A stretch of DNA of 64,000 nucleotides from the human T2T-CHM13v2.0 reference genome, Homo sapiens. The notes under the pieces were generated by a model that was not told where the DNA came from, did no database searches, and saw nothing but the letters and a program-made list of their open reading frames with translations. The stretch covers positions 42,464,001 to 42,528,000 of the forward strand of contig CP068257.2 of assembly GCA_009914755.4 (NCBI GenBank). The letters run 5' to 3'. This document shows positions 13,201-26,185 of this stretch, in pieces (positions within the stretch are counted from its first letter, which is position 1; each line of letters opens with the position of its first letter). Both the position numbers and the translations under genes were made by a program.

Positions 13201-13788
13201 CCTCAGGCCACTGCCTGTCTTTCTGACGGGGCTGTACTAGAGGCAGCCGTGGCCTCCTGTGTTCATATGGTCTGTGGCTGTCAATGCCTCAGCGGCGGTG
13301 TTGAAAGACCACGTGGCTCACAAAGACCCAGCCCATCCATGTCCGGGTGTGGACAGACTCTGCCATCCCAGGAGGCTGGTTCTCTCTGCTTCCCGCTGCC
13401 TCACCCCACCCCCAGGCCTGGCATTGGCCAGGCTTTTGGCATCACATGTGGCTTCTTTGCAGAGGCTCTGTATTCTAGTCTGTCCAGCCGCCCTCAGTAA
13501 CCACCATCACTCACCCATCAGCCTCACCTTCCCAGCGCCCCCTCCATCGGCCTTTGTGGGTCCTGTGGCCCCAGCTGGACCGCCTGGTGCTCTTCACTGG
13601 CGCTGAGTTGTTCCTCACCTGTCTGGGTTGGAGCTTCTCCTGGGAGGAGATTCTTGTGTACCAGACCAAACAGGCGCTGGTCTCTTAGGGGTGCCAGGGC
13701 ACGGCCTGGTCTCCAGCCAAGGGTGGTTGGTGGCCTGCCTGCGGGAGACTGGGGTCTTCGTTGGGCCTTACTTTGCATCTCTGTTTAG

Positions 13789-13969
13789 CTCTGGCTGTGA
13801 CTTTTCGCCCTGATGGTGCGGAGCTGGCTGTGGCCACACTGAACTCACAGATCACCTTCTGGGACCCTGAGAACGCGGTGCAGACGGGCTCCATTGAGGG
13901 CAGGCATGACCTCAAGACTGGCAGGAAGGAGCTGGACAAGATTACAGCCAAGCACGCGGCCAAGGGGAA
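13789..13969 (+). CDS. PWP2: PWP2 coding exon 14 (LAVTFRPDGAELAVATLNSQITFWDPENAVQTGSIEGRHDLKTGRKELDKITAKHAAKG)
   Basis: Acceptor tctctgtttag|CT, donor GGGAA|gtgagt. 181 nt. Confidence 0.9.
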
Positions 13970-14267
13970 GTGAGTGTCAGCATCGGGCCTCCTGATTTGA
14001 GACCCCAGCCAGCCACCAGGCTCCTGCAGCTTCTCCATTTTTGGCCTTGTTCTTTGTTCCTGAGACCGCTGAGTCCCTGTGGGTGGAGGCAGGTGGTCCT
14101 GAGCCCTCTGGGGAGAGTCCATGTCCTCCTTAACTCCTGGGATCGCACAGCCCCCAGCACAGGAGGACGTCTGGATTTACTGAACATAAACTTGTTCAGC
14201 TGAGAGCTTGCATCCACTTCCAAACCTTGATCCTGAATTATGACATCGTCCTGGTGTGCAGAGGGGA

Positions 14268-14578
14268 GAGCAGCCGGGTGCCCGAGCTCACACTGGAGAC
14301 CTGGCACTTGGGGAGGCTGAGGCAGGTGGTTTGCTTGAGCCCAGAAGTTTGAGACCAGCCTGGGCTACGTGGCAAAATGCCATCTCTACAAAAAGTAGAA
14401 AAATTAGCCAGGTGTGGTGGCACATGTCTGTGGTCCTAGCTAGTCGGGAAGCTGAGGCAGGAGGATCGCTTGAACCCGGGAGGTCAAGGCTGTAGTGAGG
14501 ATGGCGTCATGCCATTGCACTCCAGCCTGGGTGCTAGAGCAAGACCCTGTCTCAAAAACAAAACAAACAAAAGCAGAA
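14268..14578 (+). mobile_element. Alu (sense, diverged 5' end) in PWP2 intron 14
   Basis: ...ggaggctgaggcaggtgg...gagaccagcctggg...ccaggtgtggtggcacatg... with an A-rich tail. Confidence 0.8.
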
Positions 14579-14849
14579 AACAGCCCTGGCAGCCTCCTAA
14601 GAGTAAAAATGCAGGTCCTCAGTCACCTCACTTGACTAGAGAGTGCTACGTGGATGGTGAAGACATAGTGTCCCCTTGTCTCAAGGAGTCGGGCCAGCAC
14701 AGCACTGACCAAATTGCCTGCGCGGGGTCCTGGCTGGGCTGTGAGGCTCACCTGGGTGGGGGTCAGGCTTAGGAGAAGGGGGAGGATCTGTGGGATGTGC
14801 CCGGGGTGGGTGGCCTTGGGGGCTGGACCTGTGTCCCAGGAGCTCAGAA

Positions 14850-15450
14850 GCCTGTTCAGCAGAGGGTCTTCCTCCAGAAGGAAGTAGCGACCCTGTCTTG
14901 GAAGTGGTATGAATGCCTGTGTGCAGTCCTCATGGGTTCGCCCTGAGTGTGGAACTGCTGGGTGCTGGTGGTTCTGTTTCCAGCTTGGAGGAGCTGCACG
15001 GTTGCCATTCCCACGAGGAACGCTGTCGGCTTCTGGCTTCTCCACCTCCTCGCCAGCACTTGTTGCTTTATTATTATTATTTTTTTAATGAGAGCTGTTG
15101 GGGTGGATGTGAATTCGTATCTCATTGTAGTTGTGATTGTGGTTTCTCTAGTGACATTCAGCATTTTCTGTCTGCGGCTTGGCCGTTTGTAAGTCTTCTT
15201 TGGAGAAGTGTCTGTTCAGGTCTCTTGCCTGTTTTTGAATTGGGTTGTTTGGATTTTGGTTGTGGATTTTAGGGGTTTCTCTGATACCTGATGTGCAGAT
15301 ATTTGTTCCGCTTTGTGAACTGTCTTTCCACCGTTTTGGTGGCACTCTTAGTTCTGATGATGTCCACTTTGCTCATTTTTTCTGTTGTTCTTTGTTCTCT
15401 ACTGTCATAACTAAGGGACCTTGCCCACCCCGAGGCGTCTGTTGAGCGGG
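14850..15450 (-). mobile_element. L1 (LINE-1) ORF2 3'-region fragment, minus orientation
   Basis: Minus-strand ORFs translate to L1 ORF2p C-terminal motifs (NNPIQKQARDLNRHFSKEDLQTA; TTMRYEFTSTPTALIKK...). These match the ORFs at 14856-15164 and 15148-15345. Confidence 0.65.
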
Positions 15451-15794
15451 GTGGTAAGGGCTGGTTTCTGGTTTCTGCAGGACTAAGCAGACGTGACTGA
15501 GAGTAGGCTGCTTAGGGTGGAGGCCGACTGGTCGCCGTTTTGTGCTGACCTCAGCAGGGAACACTGTTCCTTGAGCCACTTGTTCCTTTTGTGAAAAAGA
15601 CATTGATTCTCAGGAAGCGGAAGCATCTAAGGGTGGTGCTGGCTCAGAGCGGAACCAGGTGATGGCACCATTGGACATTGTGGGTTTTAAAAGTCTCGCG
15701 TGAGTTGAGGCAGCGAGCCTTGGCGAAAGTTGCTGAGGCTGGTGTTTGCTTCCTGGAGGGCTGGTATAGGATCTCCTCTATTTCCTAAGGTTAG

Positions 15795-16117
15795 TTTTTA
15801 TTTTATTTATTTTTATTTTTATTTTTATTTTTGATTTTTGACACGGTCTCGCTCTTGTCACCCAGGCTAGAGTACAGGAGTGCAATCATGGCTCACTGCA
15901 GCCTCCAACCCCTGGGCTCAAGTGATCCTCCCACATCAGCCTCCTGAGTAGCTGGGACTACAGGCATGTGCCACCGCACCCTGTTAATTTTATTTTTTGT
16001 AGAAACAGGGTCTTGGTATATTGTCCAAGCTTGTCTTGAACTCCTGGACTCAAGCAATCTTCCCAACTCAGCCTCCCAAAGTGCTGAGATAACAGGCGGG
16101 AGCCACCATGCAGGCCT
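15795..16117 (-). mobile_element. Alu (antisense), about 75 bp upstream of the PWP2 exon 15 acceptor
   Basis: AT-rich tail then gacacggtctcgctcttgtcacccaggctagagt...ccaccatgcaggcc. Confidence 0.85.
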
Positions 16118-16192
16118 AAAGTTGGTTTTTAGGAGCCATACGCTGAGGTTTCCGTGGTGGCCACCGTAAGTCCATGTCTCCTCTCCACCCAG

Positions 16193-16340
16193 GGCCTTCA
16201 CCGCCCTGTGCTACTCTGCAGACGGCCACAGCATCCTGGCGGGAGGCATGTCCAAGTTCGTGTGCATCTACCACGTCCGTGAGCAGATTCTCATGAAGAG
16301 GTTCGAGATCTCTTGCAACCTGTCTCTGGACGCCATGGAG
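16193..16340 (+). CDS. PWP2: PWP2 coding exon 15 ([49 protein letters not shown])
   Basis: Acceptor ctccacccag|G, donor ATGGAG|gtgagc. 148 nt. Confidence 0.9.
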
Positions 16341-16535
16341 GTGAGCCGCCAGCGCGGGGCCGGATGGATGTTGCTTCCAATGCAGGTGGAATGCGTCGGG
16401 CTCCTGCGTTCTGCACTCCTGGCTCCATGGGGCCTTGGGCACAGTTGTGGTGCTTGTCCTGTATCTAAGTGCACGGGCCCCTCACCTGCCCCAGCAGAGT
16501 CCGGCCGTGAAGCCAGCGCCTGCCTCAGCTGTGTG

Positions 16536-16918
16536 TGGAGCCACGGTCCCCAACCCTTTTGGCATTTGGGACCGGTTTCGTGGAAGGCAATTTTTCCACA
16601 GACAGGGTTGGGGGGATTGATTTTGGGATGAAACTGTTTCACCTCAGATCAAGATCACCAGGCATTAGATTCTCAGAAGGAGGGTGCAACCTAGATCCCT
16701 CACGTGTCGTTCACAATAGGGTTCGCACTCCTGTGAGAATCTAATGCTGCCACTGATCTGTCAGGAGGCGGAGCTCAGGTGGTGATGCGAGCAATGGGGA
16801 GCGGCTGTAAATTCAGATGAAGCTTCACTCATTCACCTGCCCACCACTCACCTCCTGCCGTGCAGCCTGTTTCCTAACAGACCATGGGCCAGTACCAGGG
16901 GTTGGGAACCACTGCTGT
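16536..16918 (+). mobile_element. MER1-like (hAT-Charlie family) non-autonomous DNA transposon in PWP2 intron 15
   Basis: gtccccaacccttttggca..gggaccggtttcgtggaag.caatttttccaca..gatgaaactgtttcacctcagatca...gcattagattctca.aaggag...ctaatgctgcc.ctgatctg.caggaggcggagctcagg...gttcctaacag.ccatgg.ccagtaccaggggttgggaaccactg. I recognise this from memory as the MER1A/B consensus. Confidence 0.5.
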
Positions 16919-17623
16919 GGATGACCCTGCCGAGGCTGGTTGCTAGGAGGCTGGAGCTGTGAGGGGCAGTGCCCAGCACACGCTGGCTCAGGAGACACGG
17001 ACATCTGTCAGGGAAGGAGTGAACGAAGAGGGTGCTGGTAGGCCCTGCCCGATGGCTTCCTGCCCAGGGTCCTGTGTACAAGGCTCTGCCTTCACTGTCC
17101 CCACTGGTGCCTGCCCTTCCCCCTCAGCACAGCCCTCGGCTCAGGTCCCACTCACATGCTGGCTCCTGCAGGACCTCAGAATGAGAGTGAGGAAGCCCTG
17201 GTAGCCTCTAAGCAGGGGTGTGGCTGCTGGGTTCACCTGTCCACGCCCCATCGGGGCAGAAGCCCACTGTCCCCTAAATGTTTCTGGGGGAAAGTGTCCT
17301 TGGCATTTTCACAAGGGAGTAGACGGCCATCCTCGCTGTGAGCCCCAGCCTTTGTGATGGTGGCAGCAATGCCAGCATGTAGACCTCAGTCCATCCCCCT
17401 CCGCAGCCTCCGCACCTGCCCTGCTCCACAGCTTCCACACCCACCCTGTCTGCAGCTAGCTCTGCAGGAAGAGTCCCTGGGGCACTGCAGGGCTCTCTCC
17501 CCGTCCTTGTTCTAGACAGGGCTGAGGCTTGTCTGGTGTTGGGGTCAAAGAGCAAGGGTAGGAGACGAGGGCCAGGCGGCCAGGCCATCAGAAGCAAGGC
17601 GTCCACTGCTTTTGCTGTTCTAG

Positions 17624-17732
17624 GAATTTTTGAACCGAAGAAAAATGACAGAGTTTGGCAACCTGGCACTAATTGATCAGGATGCTGGGCAGGAGGATGG
17701 AGTCGCGATACCACTGCCAGGCGTCAGGAAAG
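17624..17732 (+). CDS. PWP2: PWP2 coding exon 16 (EFLNRRKMTEFGNLALIDQDAGQEDGVAIPLPGVRK)
   Basis: Acceptor tgctgttctag|GAA, donor AAAG|gtgagc. 109 nt. Confidence 0.9.
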
Positions 17733-18512
17733 GTGAGCAGAGGTTCCTCCCGCATCTGCCCACCACTCACCGGTCCTGGGTGACCACGCATTCATGCCCC
17801 TGGTTGGGGCTGCAGTGTGTGGAAATAACAGTTACTACATGGTGACATTTGCTGGACACTGGGGGTGTCAAAGGCCCAGTGGGTTGGTGCTGGTGCCGTC
17901 AGCCCCTGGGCAGGAGAAGCTGCCCATGTGTTGCTACACGTGGCCTCCCTGCCCTGGCGGGACCCGTCCATTTGCTCTTGGGACTGGGTGCCCCGTCTGC
18001 TGCACAGCACACGGAGCATTCTGGCGTGAGGCCATGTGCGCCGCACAGAGAGCCAGGTGCTCTAGAAGATCTGGGTCCCAGGTAGACCATCCTGATGGGA
18101 CACTCGCCAGCCAGAAACCCTGAGTGCTTCCACATGCAGGCCCAGGGTACCGTGTTGAGCACAGCAGACCCACTCCTGGGCTGGGCTGGGGCCCTTTTCT
18201 GGGTTGGACACACAGTCTGCTGGCCGGGCTGGCTTTTTTGAGCATCTGCCCCATGGGCTGGGCCATCTGTTTGGCAGCTCACCCGGAACAGCCTCCGCGG
18301 CCCCAGCACGGGCCCACCTGCCGCAGCTGCAGCGAGGGAAGGGCTGCTTCTGCCTCCGCTTTGTGCAGGACCCAATGAGTAGAGGCTGCTGCTCTTGATG
18401 GGGCTCCCACAGCACCCCCCAGCCAGCCGGGAGACCGCAGGATGACTTGCTTCGTGGGGAGAGCAGCCTGGATATGCTGTCCAGTGATCATTAACGGTTC
18501 TTTTTTCCCCAG

Positions 18513-18578
18513 GTGACATGAGTTCTCGGCACTTCAAACCTGAGATCAGGGTGACCTCACTCCGCTTCTCTCCCACTG
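18513..18578 (+). CDS. PWP2: PWP2 coding exon 17 (DMSSRHFKPEIRVTSLRFSPT)
   Basis: Acceptor ttttttccccag|GT, donor ACTG|gtgagc. 66 nt. Confidence 0.9.
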
Positions 18579-19545
18579 GTGAGCACTGAGCCATGGGCTT
18601 TTGGTGCCGGTGGGCACTGGGGCATCTGTGCCATAGCAAGGCTGGCCACCATGGAGCTGTCTGCAGGCTCTGGGCTGTGCCCTGTGCCCCTGGGTAAGAA
18701 CATGGCCCTGCAAACCCTGCAGGCCACAAGATGGCTGTTGTCCCTGAGGATGGATGGCTGTCACGGTGCCAACCTCAGATGCACTGAGCTTTGAAACATG
18801 GCAGGCCTGGTATGCCCTTGCTCTAGCAGCTCCCCGAGTGCCCTGGACGTGCTGCCTGGGGGCGGCTCTGCCATCACGGAGAGCCCGTCTCCTGCGCACT
18901 GCCCCCATCCTCTCGCAGTGGGGAGGAGGGTCTGTGCCACAGGCCTGTGGAGCCTGGCGGTGCACATGGTCCCCACACAGAGGAGCCAGGAGCAGGGCTA
19001 TTGGCAAGCGTGCTCCAGCCTAGACTGAGTGTCAGAGCCAGGGGCAGAGAGGCCCATGTGAGCCAGGGGTCTGTGCCCTCGGGCCCAAGGGCCAAATCTG
19101 GCTGGCCACCTGCTTTGGTCACTGATGTTTTACTGGGACATTTTACTGGGCGTTTTTTTGTTGGCGGATCCTTCTGGCTGTCTCTAGTGATCCGTGCAGC
19201 ACTGAGTAGGTGCAGCAGAGACCACAGGGCCTGCGGAGCTGAAGACGCCTGAGCTAGACAGAAGACTTGGCTGGCTCCCGGCGTCAAGAGAGGACGACGC
19301 ATGCGTGTACATATTTGCTTATATGTGCATCCCTGGGAGAGTAACTTCTGGGATGATCCATTCATTCCTTCCCAGGGGAGTAGTGGGGTGGGGGCTAGAG
19401 GCAGACGTCCCGGTTCCTCCTGATTTTTGCACTTTGTCCCAGGGGAATGTACTTAATACTGTTTCTTTAAAAAAAAAAAAAAAAAGAAAAAAAATGTTGG
19501 GAGGAATGAGCTTAAATTTTTAGGAAAGCACTGCTTAATTTCCCA

Positions 19546-19764
19546 GGGCGCTGCTGGGCGGCCACCACCACGGAGGGACTCCTCATCTACTCCCTGGACA
19601 CCCGCGTGCTCTTTGACCCGTTTGAGCTGGACACCAGCGTCACCCCCGGGAGGGTGCGCGAGGCACTGCGCCAGCAGGACTTCACCAGGGCCATCCTCAT
19701 GGCCCTCCGGCTCAACGAGAGCAAACTGGTGCAGGAGGCCCTGGAGGCGGTGCCCAGGGGCGAG
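19546..19764 (+). CDS. PWP2: PWP2 coding exon 18 (RCWAATTTEGLLIYSLDTRVLFDPFELDTSVTPGRVREALRQQDFTRAILMALRLNESKLVQEALEAVPRGE)
   Basis: Acceptor aatttcccag|GG, donor GAGA|gtgagt. 219 nt. Confidence 0.9.
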
Positions 19765-19860
19765 AGTGAGTTGGGGCTTCGGTGTCGGGCGCCGGGGTCA
19801 TCCTCTCTTCCCCTGGTTTGAGTTGGTGGCAGAATAAGCATGATTTTTTCTCCTTTTGCA

Positions 19861-20011
19861 GTTGAAGTGGTCACCTCCTCCCTTCCTGAACTGTATGTGG
19901 AGAAAGTGCTGGAGTTTTTAGCTTCCTCCTTTGAAGTGTCTCGCCACCTGGAATTCTACCTCCTCTGGACTCACAAACTGCTCATGTTGCACGGACAGAA
20001 GCTGAAGTCCA
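19861..20011 (+). CDS. PWP2: PWP2 coding exon 19 (EVVTSSLPELYVEKVLEFLASSFEVSRHLEFYLLWTHKLLMLHGQKLKS)
   Basis: Acceptor ctccttttgcag|TT, donor TCCAG|gtagag. 151 nt. Confidence 0.9.
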
Positions 20012-20166
20012 GGTAGAGGGTCTCCCCCGCAGTTCATCGGTGGCTCAGGTCACTGGACCAGCTTGTCCTGCTGGATAAAAGGGAACTTTGACATGCCAAT
20101 GCAGCATGAAGTGAGCCCACTGTACCACGGGGTGAGCCCCGCACGCTTAGGGAGTCTCCCTTTCAG

Positions 20167-20241
20167 AGCCGGGACGCTGCTGCCTGTCATTCAGTTCCTC
20201 CAGAAGAGCATCCAGCGGCACCTGGACGACCTGTCGAAACT
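20167..20241 (+). CDS. PWP2: PWP2 coding exon 20 (AGTLLPVIQFLQKSIQRHLDDLSK)
   Basis: Acceptor ctccctttcag|A, donor AAACT|gtacgt. 75 nt. Confidence 0.88.
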
Positions 20242-21244
20242 GTACGTGTGGGTGCAGGGCCTGGGGGTGGGTGGGGTGCACGGTCCCCTGCTGGTCCACA
20301 CTGTGGAGTGCTCCTTGTGTCATCTGATTTGAGGACAAAAGGAACCAGTGCTGGAGGCTTGTCTTCTCACCTGCGGGTGAACTGCACCTGCCCGGCCACC
20401 CCGTGGTTGACCAGCTTGGGAAATGGCCTGGCGCTGAATGGAAAGCAGTGAGCACTGTGGCAGGCAGACAGGCTGCAGGTGGCGCGCTCCAGGTGCGGCC
20501 GGAATCCTCCAGGCTCTTGGAGGGATTGCTGCATTCGTAGGACCAGGCAGCCTTTCCTGAATTTGCAGGTCACTTGCACAGGCAGTGGGGGTGGTCACAG
20601 GACTGTGAGGCCAGGCAGCCTGGAGTCCTGGAGGTGTGGCTGCCCTGAGCTGTGGCTCCCCTAGAAAAGGGTGCTGTTGCTGCTGCTGCGAGGATTCATC
20701 CGCGGGCCTAGGACAGGGCCCGGCCCTCCGCAGTGCTCACTCTGCAGGGGTGCCCGCCTCTTCTCCTGTCATTTCTTTGTGGTTTGTGCCTTTTTTGTCC
20801 CTACCAATTCACCTTCCCTAAAGGTCCTGCAGAGCCGGGACTAGGCAGGCCTCAGAGTAGCCATGTGAGGGATATCACCCTCTGTTGCCAATCAGTTGCC
20901 GGGTTTCCCAGCTGCGTTTCTGAACGGTCTGTTCTCTGTCCTGTTTGCGAGTTGCTCTGTCCAGGGTTCAGGGGCAGAGCCTGAGTTTGGGCCTTGTGGG
21001 TTCATGTGGTCCTCCTGTCTGTCCTTGAAGTGTCACTCAGTCTTTGGAAAGAGTCCTGGAGTCCAGGTCGAGCCTGTCCTCCCCTCGTGTTCTGGGTGCC
21101 CTACAGAAGGCTGGGATGTGCCCTGATCCACAGTTTTGGTGCCAGGCCTTCCCTCGGCTGAGATGTCCTGGACTTTTCACAGAGCTCTGTAGGGGAGGAG
21201 GGTTGTCTAGCTCCCTTATTTATGTATTTATTTATTTTTTAATT

Positions 21245-21562
<318 letters not shown>

Positions 21563-22211
21563 TAGATTTATTCCCTCTTATGGGATGTTTTTAGAGTTCA
21601 CGTAAGCGCATTGTTCCTTGGACCTCCTGTCTAGGCGTTCACTGCCAATCTGTAGGGTTGCCATTGGCTGTCAGGAAGAGTCCTGCACAGAGGGTCCTGT
21701 GCCCTGCAGATGCGATGGGGCGCTTCCTTCCTTTCTCATCCATTTATCTTTCAGTTCTCCTTTCCTATGTAAAGTGATGGTGGCATCACTTTTCTCCTTT
21801 ATTCCATTAACTCAGAAAATTAACTGATTCAGAGCGTGCCTTCCTCCCCTCTCGCTCCACAACACCACATAGCTCTGCAGCGGTCTCTTCCTAAGTGTTT
21901 GGTGGAACTTGCTGGTGAAGCCATCTAGATTGGGCCCAGCGGAAGGGCTGAGCTGCCAGGATGACCCCAAAGGGATGGGATGTTACAGTTGGGTCCTTGG
22001 GTCCTTGAAGGCCTTTGCTGCCCCAGGGCTGGATGGGGCAGAACCAGATTGTTGGGGCAGGGAAAAGAGGAAAAAAATGGCTGCTGGGGTGGAGGAACCG
22101 GCATGTCCAGCCCCTGCTGCTTTTCTCAGGGGTCACAGAGGAGGTGGTTGGGTGCAGGACAGGCCAGGGCCTGGGCGTTGCTGGCATTGACCATCCCTGT
22201 GTGATTGACAG

Positions 22212-22386
22212 CTGTAGCTGGAACCACTATAACATGCAGTACGCACTAGCAGTTTCCAAGCAGCGGGGCACAAAACGCTCCCTAGACCCGCTGGGAAGTG
22301 AGGAGGAGGCAGAAGCATCTGAAGATGACAGCCTGCATCTGCTTGGAGGAGGAGGCAGAGACTCAGAAGAAGAGATGCTGGCCTAG
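22212..22386 (+). CDS. PWP2: PWP2 terminal coding exon 21 (CSWNHYNMQYALAVSKQRGTKRSLDPLGSEEEAEASEDDSLHLLGGGGRDSEEEMLA*). The stop TAG is at 22384-22386, and the 3'UTR continues to about 22750.
   Basis: Acceptor gtgattgacag|C. Acidic C-terminal tail and TAG stop. The whole model sums to 919 aa. Confidence 0.9.
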
Positions 22387-22724
22387 AGCCAGCCGGTTGC
22401 AGCGTTGGATTGTGCCGGCTAAGACCTGCCAGGGAGATGGGACCCTTGTGCCACCTGGGCCAGCAAAGAGGAGGGGTCCAGAGAACAGCTGAAATACTGT
22501 CACTAGTGGTAGTGACTTGCTTTTCCTGTGCACACATGTAGCCCATCAGGACAGCGAGCCGACGGGTCACGCCAGGGGCCGGCACGCACTGGCACCTGGC
22601 CCCAGGAGCGGGGCCGTGTGAACGGTGATGAATGTTGAAAATGCGTCTCAGAGAGGTATTCACATGAACTTTGTATGAGACTTATTTATATTTTTAACAT
22701 AAAGGTTTGATAAAGAACTTAGGG

Positions 22725-22730
22725 ATTAAA
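22725..22730 (+). other. PWP2: Candidate PWP2 poly(A) signal (ATTAAA), about 340 nt after the stop codon
   Basis: ATTAAA hexamer followed by an A-rich stretch. The distance is consistent with a ~3.2 kb mRNA. Confidence 0.3.
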
Positions 22731-24363
22731 AAAAAGATGGAGTTTTCTAACGTGAGGATGAAGTCTACACTTCAGATTAAAAAGGGTTATGTTGTATCCT
22801 GCTGTCTTGTGGGGGCTCAAGACCTGCCTGCCTTACCACCAGGGCCTCCGTCCTGGGGAAGCAGGCTGACAGAGCAGGGTGCTCCTGCTGTCTAGCGGGG
22901 GCTCTGCCCTGTGACCTGTGCATATCCTTGGGGTCAGGGGCACAGAGCCTCTCCCTGACCTCTTGGGGACGCTTTGGAGTCTGGGGCTGGGATTGGCCTG
23001 TCTTGGTGAGCTCACTCAGACCTGCACCAGCTCTGCGTGGGCCACACGGAGGAGGAGACAGCTCCTCCCCTCTGCAGTGCCCTTGGGAATAGTCATCATG
23101 AGAGAGGCTTGGGTCTCCATCATGGTAGGGCATCCTGGTCCCCACAGCTCAGTAACAGCAGCCTCCAGGGTCAGGACCTGAGGCTGACACTGAGGTGGGC
23201 ACTTCACCGACTGCCAGTGCTGTCTGCCAGGCCCAGCCTGTCCCTCGCCAGCGGTGTGGCCCCCAAGACCCTGGGTAGTACCTGGCTCCCTTGCTTATCT
23301 GGGAAGTGGAGCTGATATCTGCCTGCCGGCCTCCCGGGGGTGGCGTGAGGCCAGATGTGCTAGAGAGTGGAGATGAATACGACAGGCAGTGCCTTGTGGC
23401 CCACAGCACTGTACCTGCAGGCCTGCAGACCAGAGGTCTTTGTAGAAGGGAGGAGCTCAGGCCCTGATGACACCAGGTGTTCTGTGGCTGCACAATCTCC
23501 GTGACCCAGACGAGAGAGAATCCTTAGCTATCGCCTACCCAAAGCACAAGTTCCAGTGTTCCCCTCCCTTGCCTCGCCCTTTTCCGTGAAACAATTTCCA
23601 GCGTTCCCCCTCCTCGCCTCACCCTTTTCTGTGTCACATGTGCATGGCGATGGACACCTGAGTAGTCGCCCCTGGGACAACTGGAGCTGCGGCTCTGCAG
23701 TGGGGTCTGGGAGCTCCCGGCCAGGGGCAGCTCCCGCACACTTGGTAGAGACAGGGTCCTGGCCCCCACACCGACTGAGTGAGAGTCTGCATTCGGCATT
23801 TCCTTTCTGAGTGGCGCTTGGTGTTTTTTTGTGCCATCCCACAACCCCATCGCTCCCACCAGCTGATGCTCCCTGGCTGGCCGCTCCCCAGGAGCTGAGA
23901 AGCCTGAAGAGGGCCAGGCACGGAGGAGCAGGAACGAGGACAGTCAAATGTGCCAAGCTTGTCTTTGGTTGTAACTGGTAATGTCCCATGTCTGTTATTC
24001 TAGTTCCCCACTATCTTGCAAGGATTGGCAGTAAAGTCCTAGTGATGGACAACGCGGCAGTGGGGAAAGTGACAGCCGTGGCTAGATCATCAGATGTGTC
24101 TGTAGAATCCGGTGTGTCCCTGTGAACATCCGCCAGCAGTAACCATTCACATTATTTCAAAAACCTGCATTATTAGGTTGAAAATGGGTAAATCGGGGAA
24201 AAAGCCAGCACTTATCCAGCTATTCCTCTGTGAACTAACCCATGCATAACAAACAGATTTTTTTAATGGAAGAATTCCAGCTAGGACCCGAGCAGCTGGG
24301 ATCTTCACACTGACCGTCCATGCTGTGAACGTAAAAAACAAAAACAAAAAAACAAACCCAAAC

Positions 24364-24667
<304 letters not shown>

Positions 24668-24679
24668 CCCAAACAGAAT

Positions 24680-25312
24680 CGGCGGCTCACTTGCCCCCAG
24701 ACTAACCCAGATCAAGCCCCTGGGTGGAACTGCAGTTTCCAGGATACAACATCCCGGGGTCAGTAAAACCCGGAGGGGTCGCTCCGTGGGAGCCGGAGCC
24801 GCGAGGAGACAGTCATGGAAGCGGAGGGGTAGTCCTGACCCCGCGTGGGTCCTGACGCCGAGATTAAGACGAGTGGCCATTTAGGAGGATGTGGACCCTG
24901 GACGCTCGTGGTGAGTTAAGGATGAGACGGAGGTAAGGTAAGAAGCGCCGGACTGAGCCGCCCCGAGGCAGCCTTGCTCTGCGGATGGCGGAAAGGGTGC
25001 GCCGCCTGTGGAGGCGTCCGATGGGGGCGGGGCTGGGGACCCCGGGAGTCACCAGCATCCCTCAGCCTCGAGCACGAGCCCTCAGCCACCACCGGAAGGA
25101 AGACAGGGTTCCCGGAACTCTATTCGGAGGCTCTGCGCAGGCGCGGCCCCCGCCCACCGGCGCACTCACTGGATAGGGCTGAGACGGGGGCGGGTCTTGG
25201 CTCCGCCCCGAAGGCTGCGCAGGCGCAGTCCCGACGAGCAACGCGTTTGTAGAGGGGTGGGTGCGCACGCTCTGTCCCTGCGTGACCTTCCGACCCCGCT
25301 GTCCTCACCGCA
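24680..25312 (+). promoter_or_regulatory. GATD3A: GATD3A CpG-island promoter / 5'UTR: TATA-less, with several Sp1-type GC boxes (GGGGCGGGG at about 25024 and about 25186, CCGCCCC at about 25147 and about 25203)
   Basis: High CpG density spanning the Alu-free stretch before the ATG at 25313, with GC boxes and no TATA. This is typical of a housekeeping-gene promoter. Confidence 0.5.
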
Positions 25313-25453
25313 ATGGCGGCTGTGAGGGCCCTGGTGGCCTCGAGGCTCGCTGCGGCATCTGCATTCACGTCCCTGTCCCCCGGCGGTCGGACGCCTTCCC
25401 AGCGCGCAGCCCTTCACCTCTCCGTGCCGCGCCCCGCGGCCAGGGTCGCGCTG
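25313..25453 (+). CDS. GATD3A: GATD3A coding exon 1 ([47 protein letters not shown]; mitochondrial presequence)
   Basis: ATG at 25313, donor CGCTG|gtgagt. Arg/Ala/Ser-rich amphipathic N-terminus. Confidence 0.9.
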
Positions 25454-25473
25454 GTGAGTGGACGGAGGGGGTG

Positions 25474-26185
<712 letters not shown>

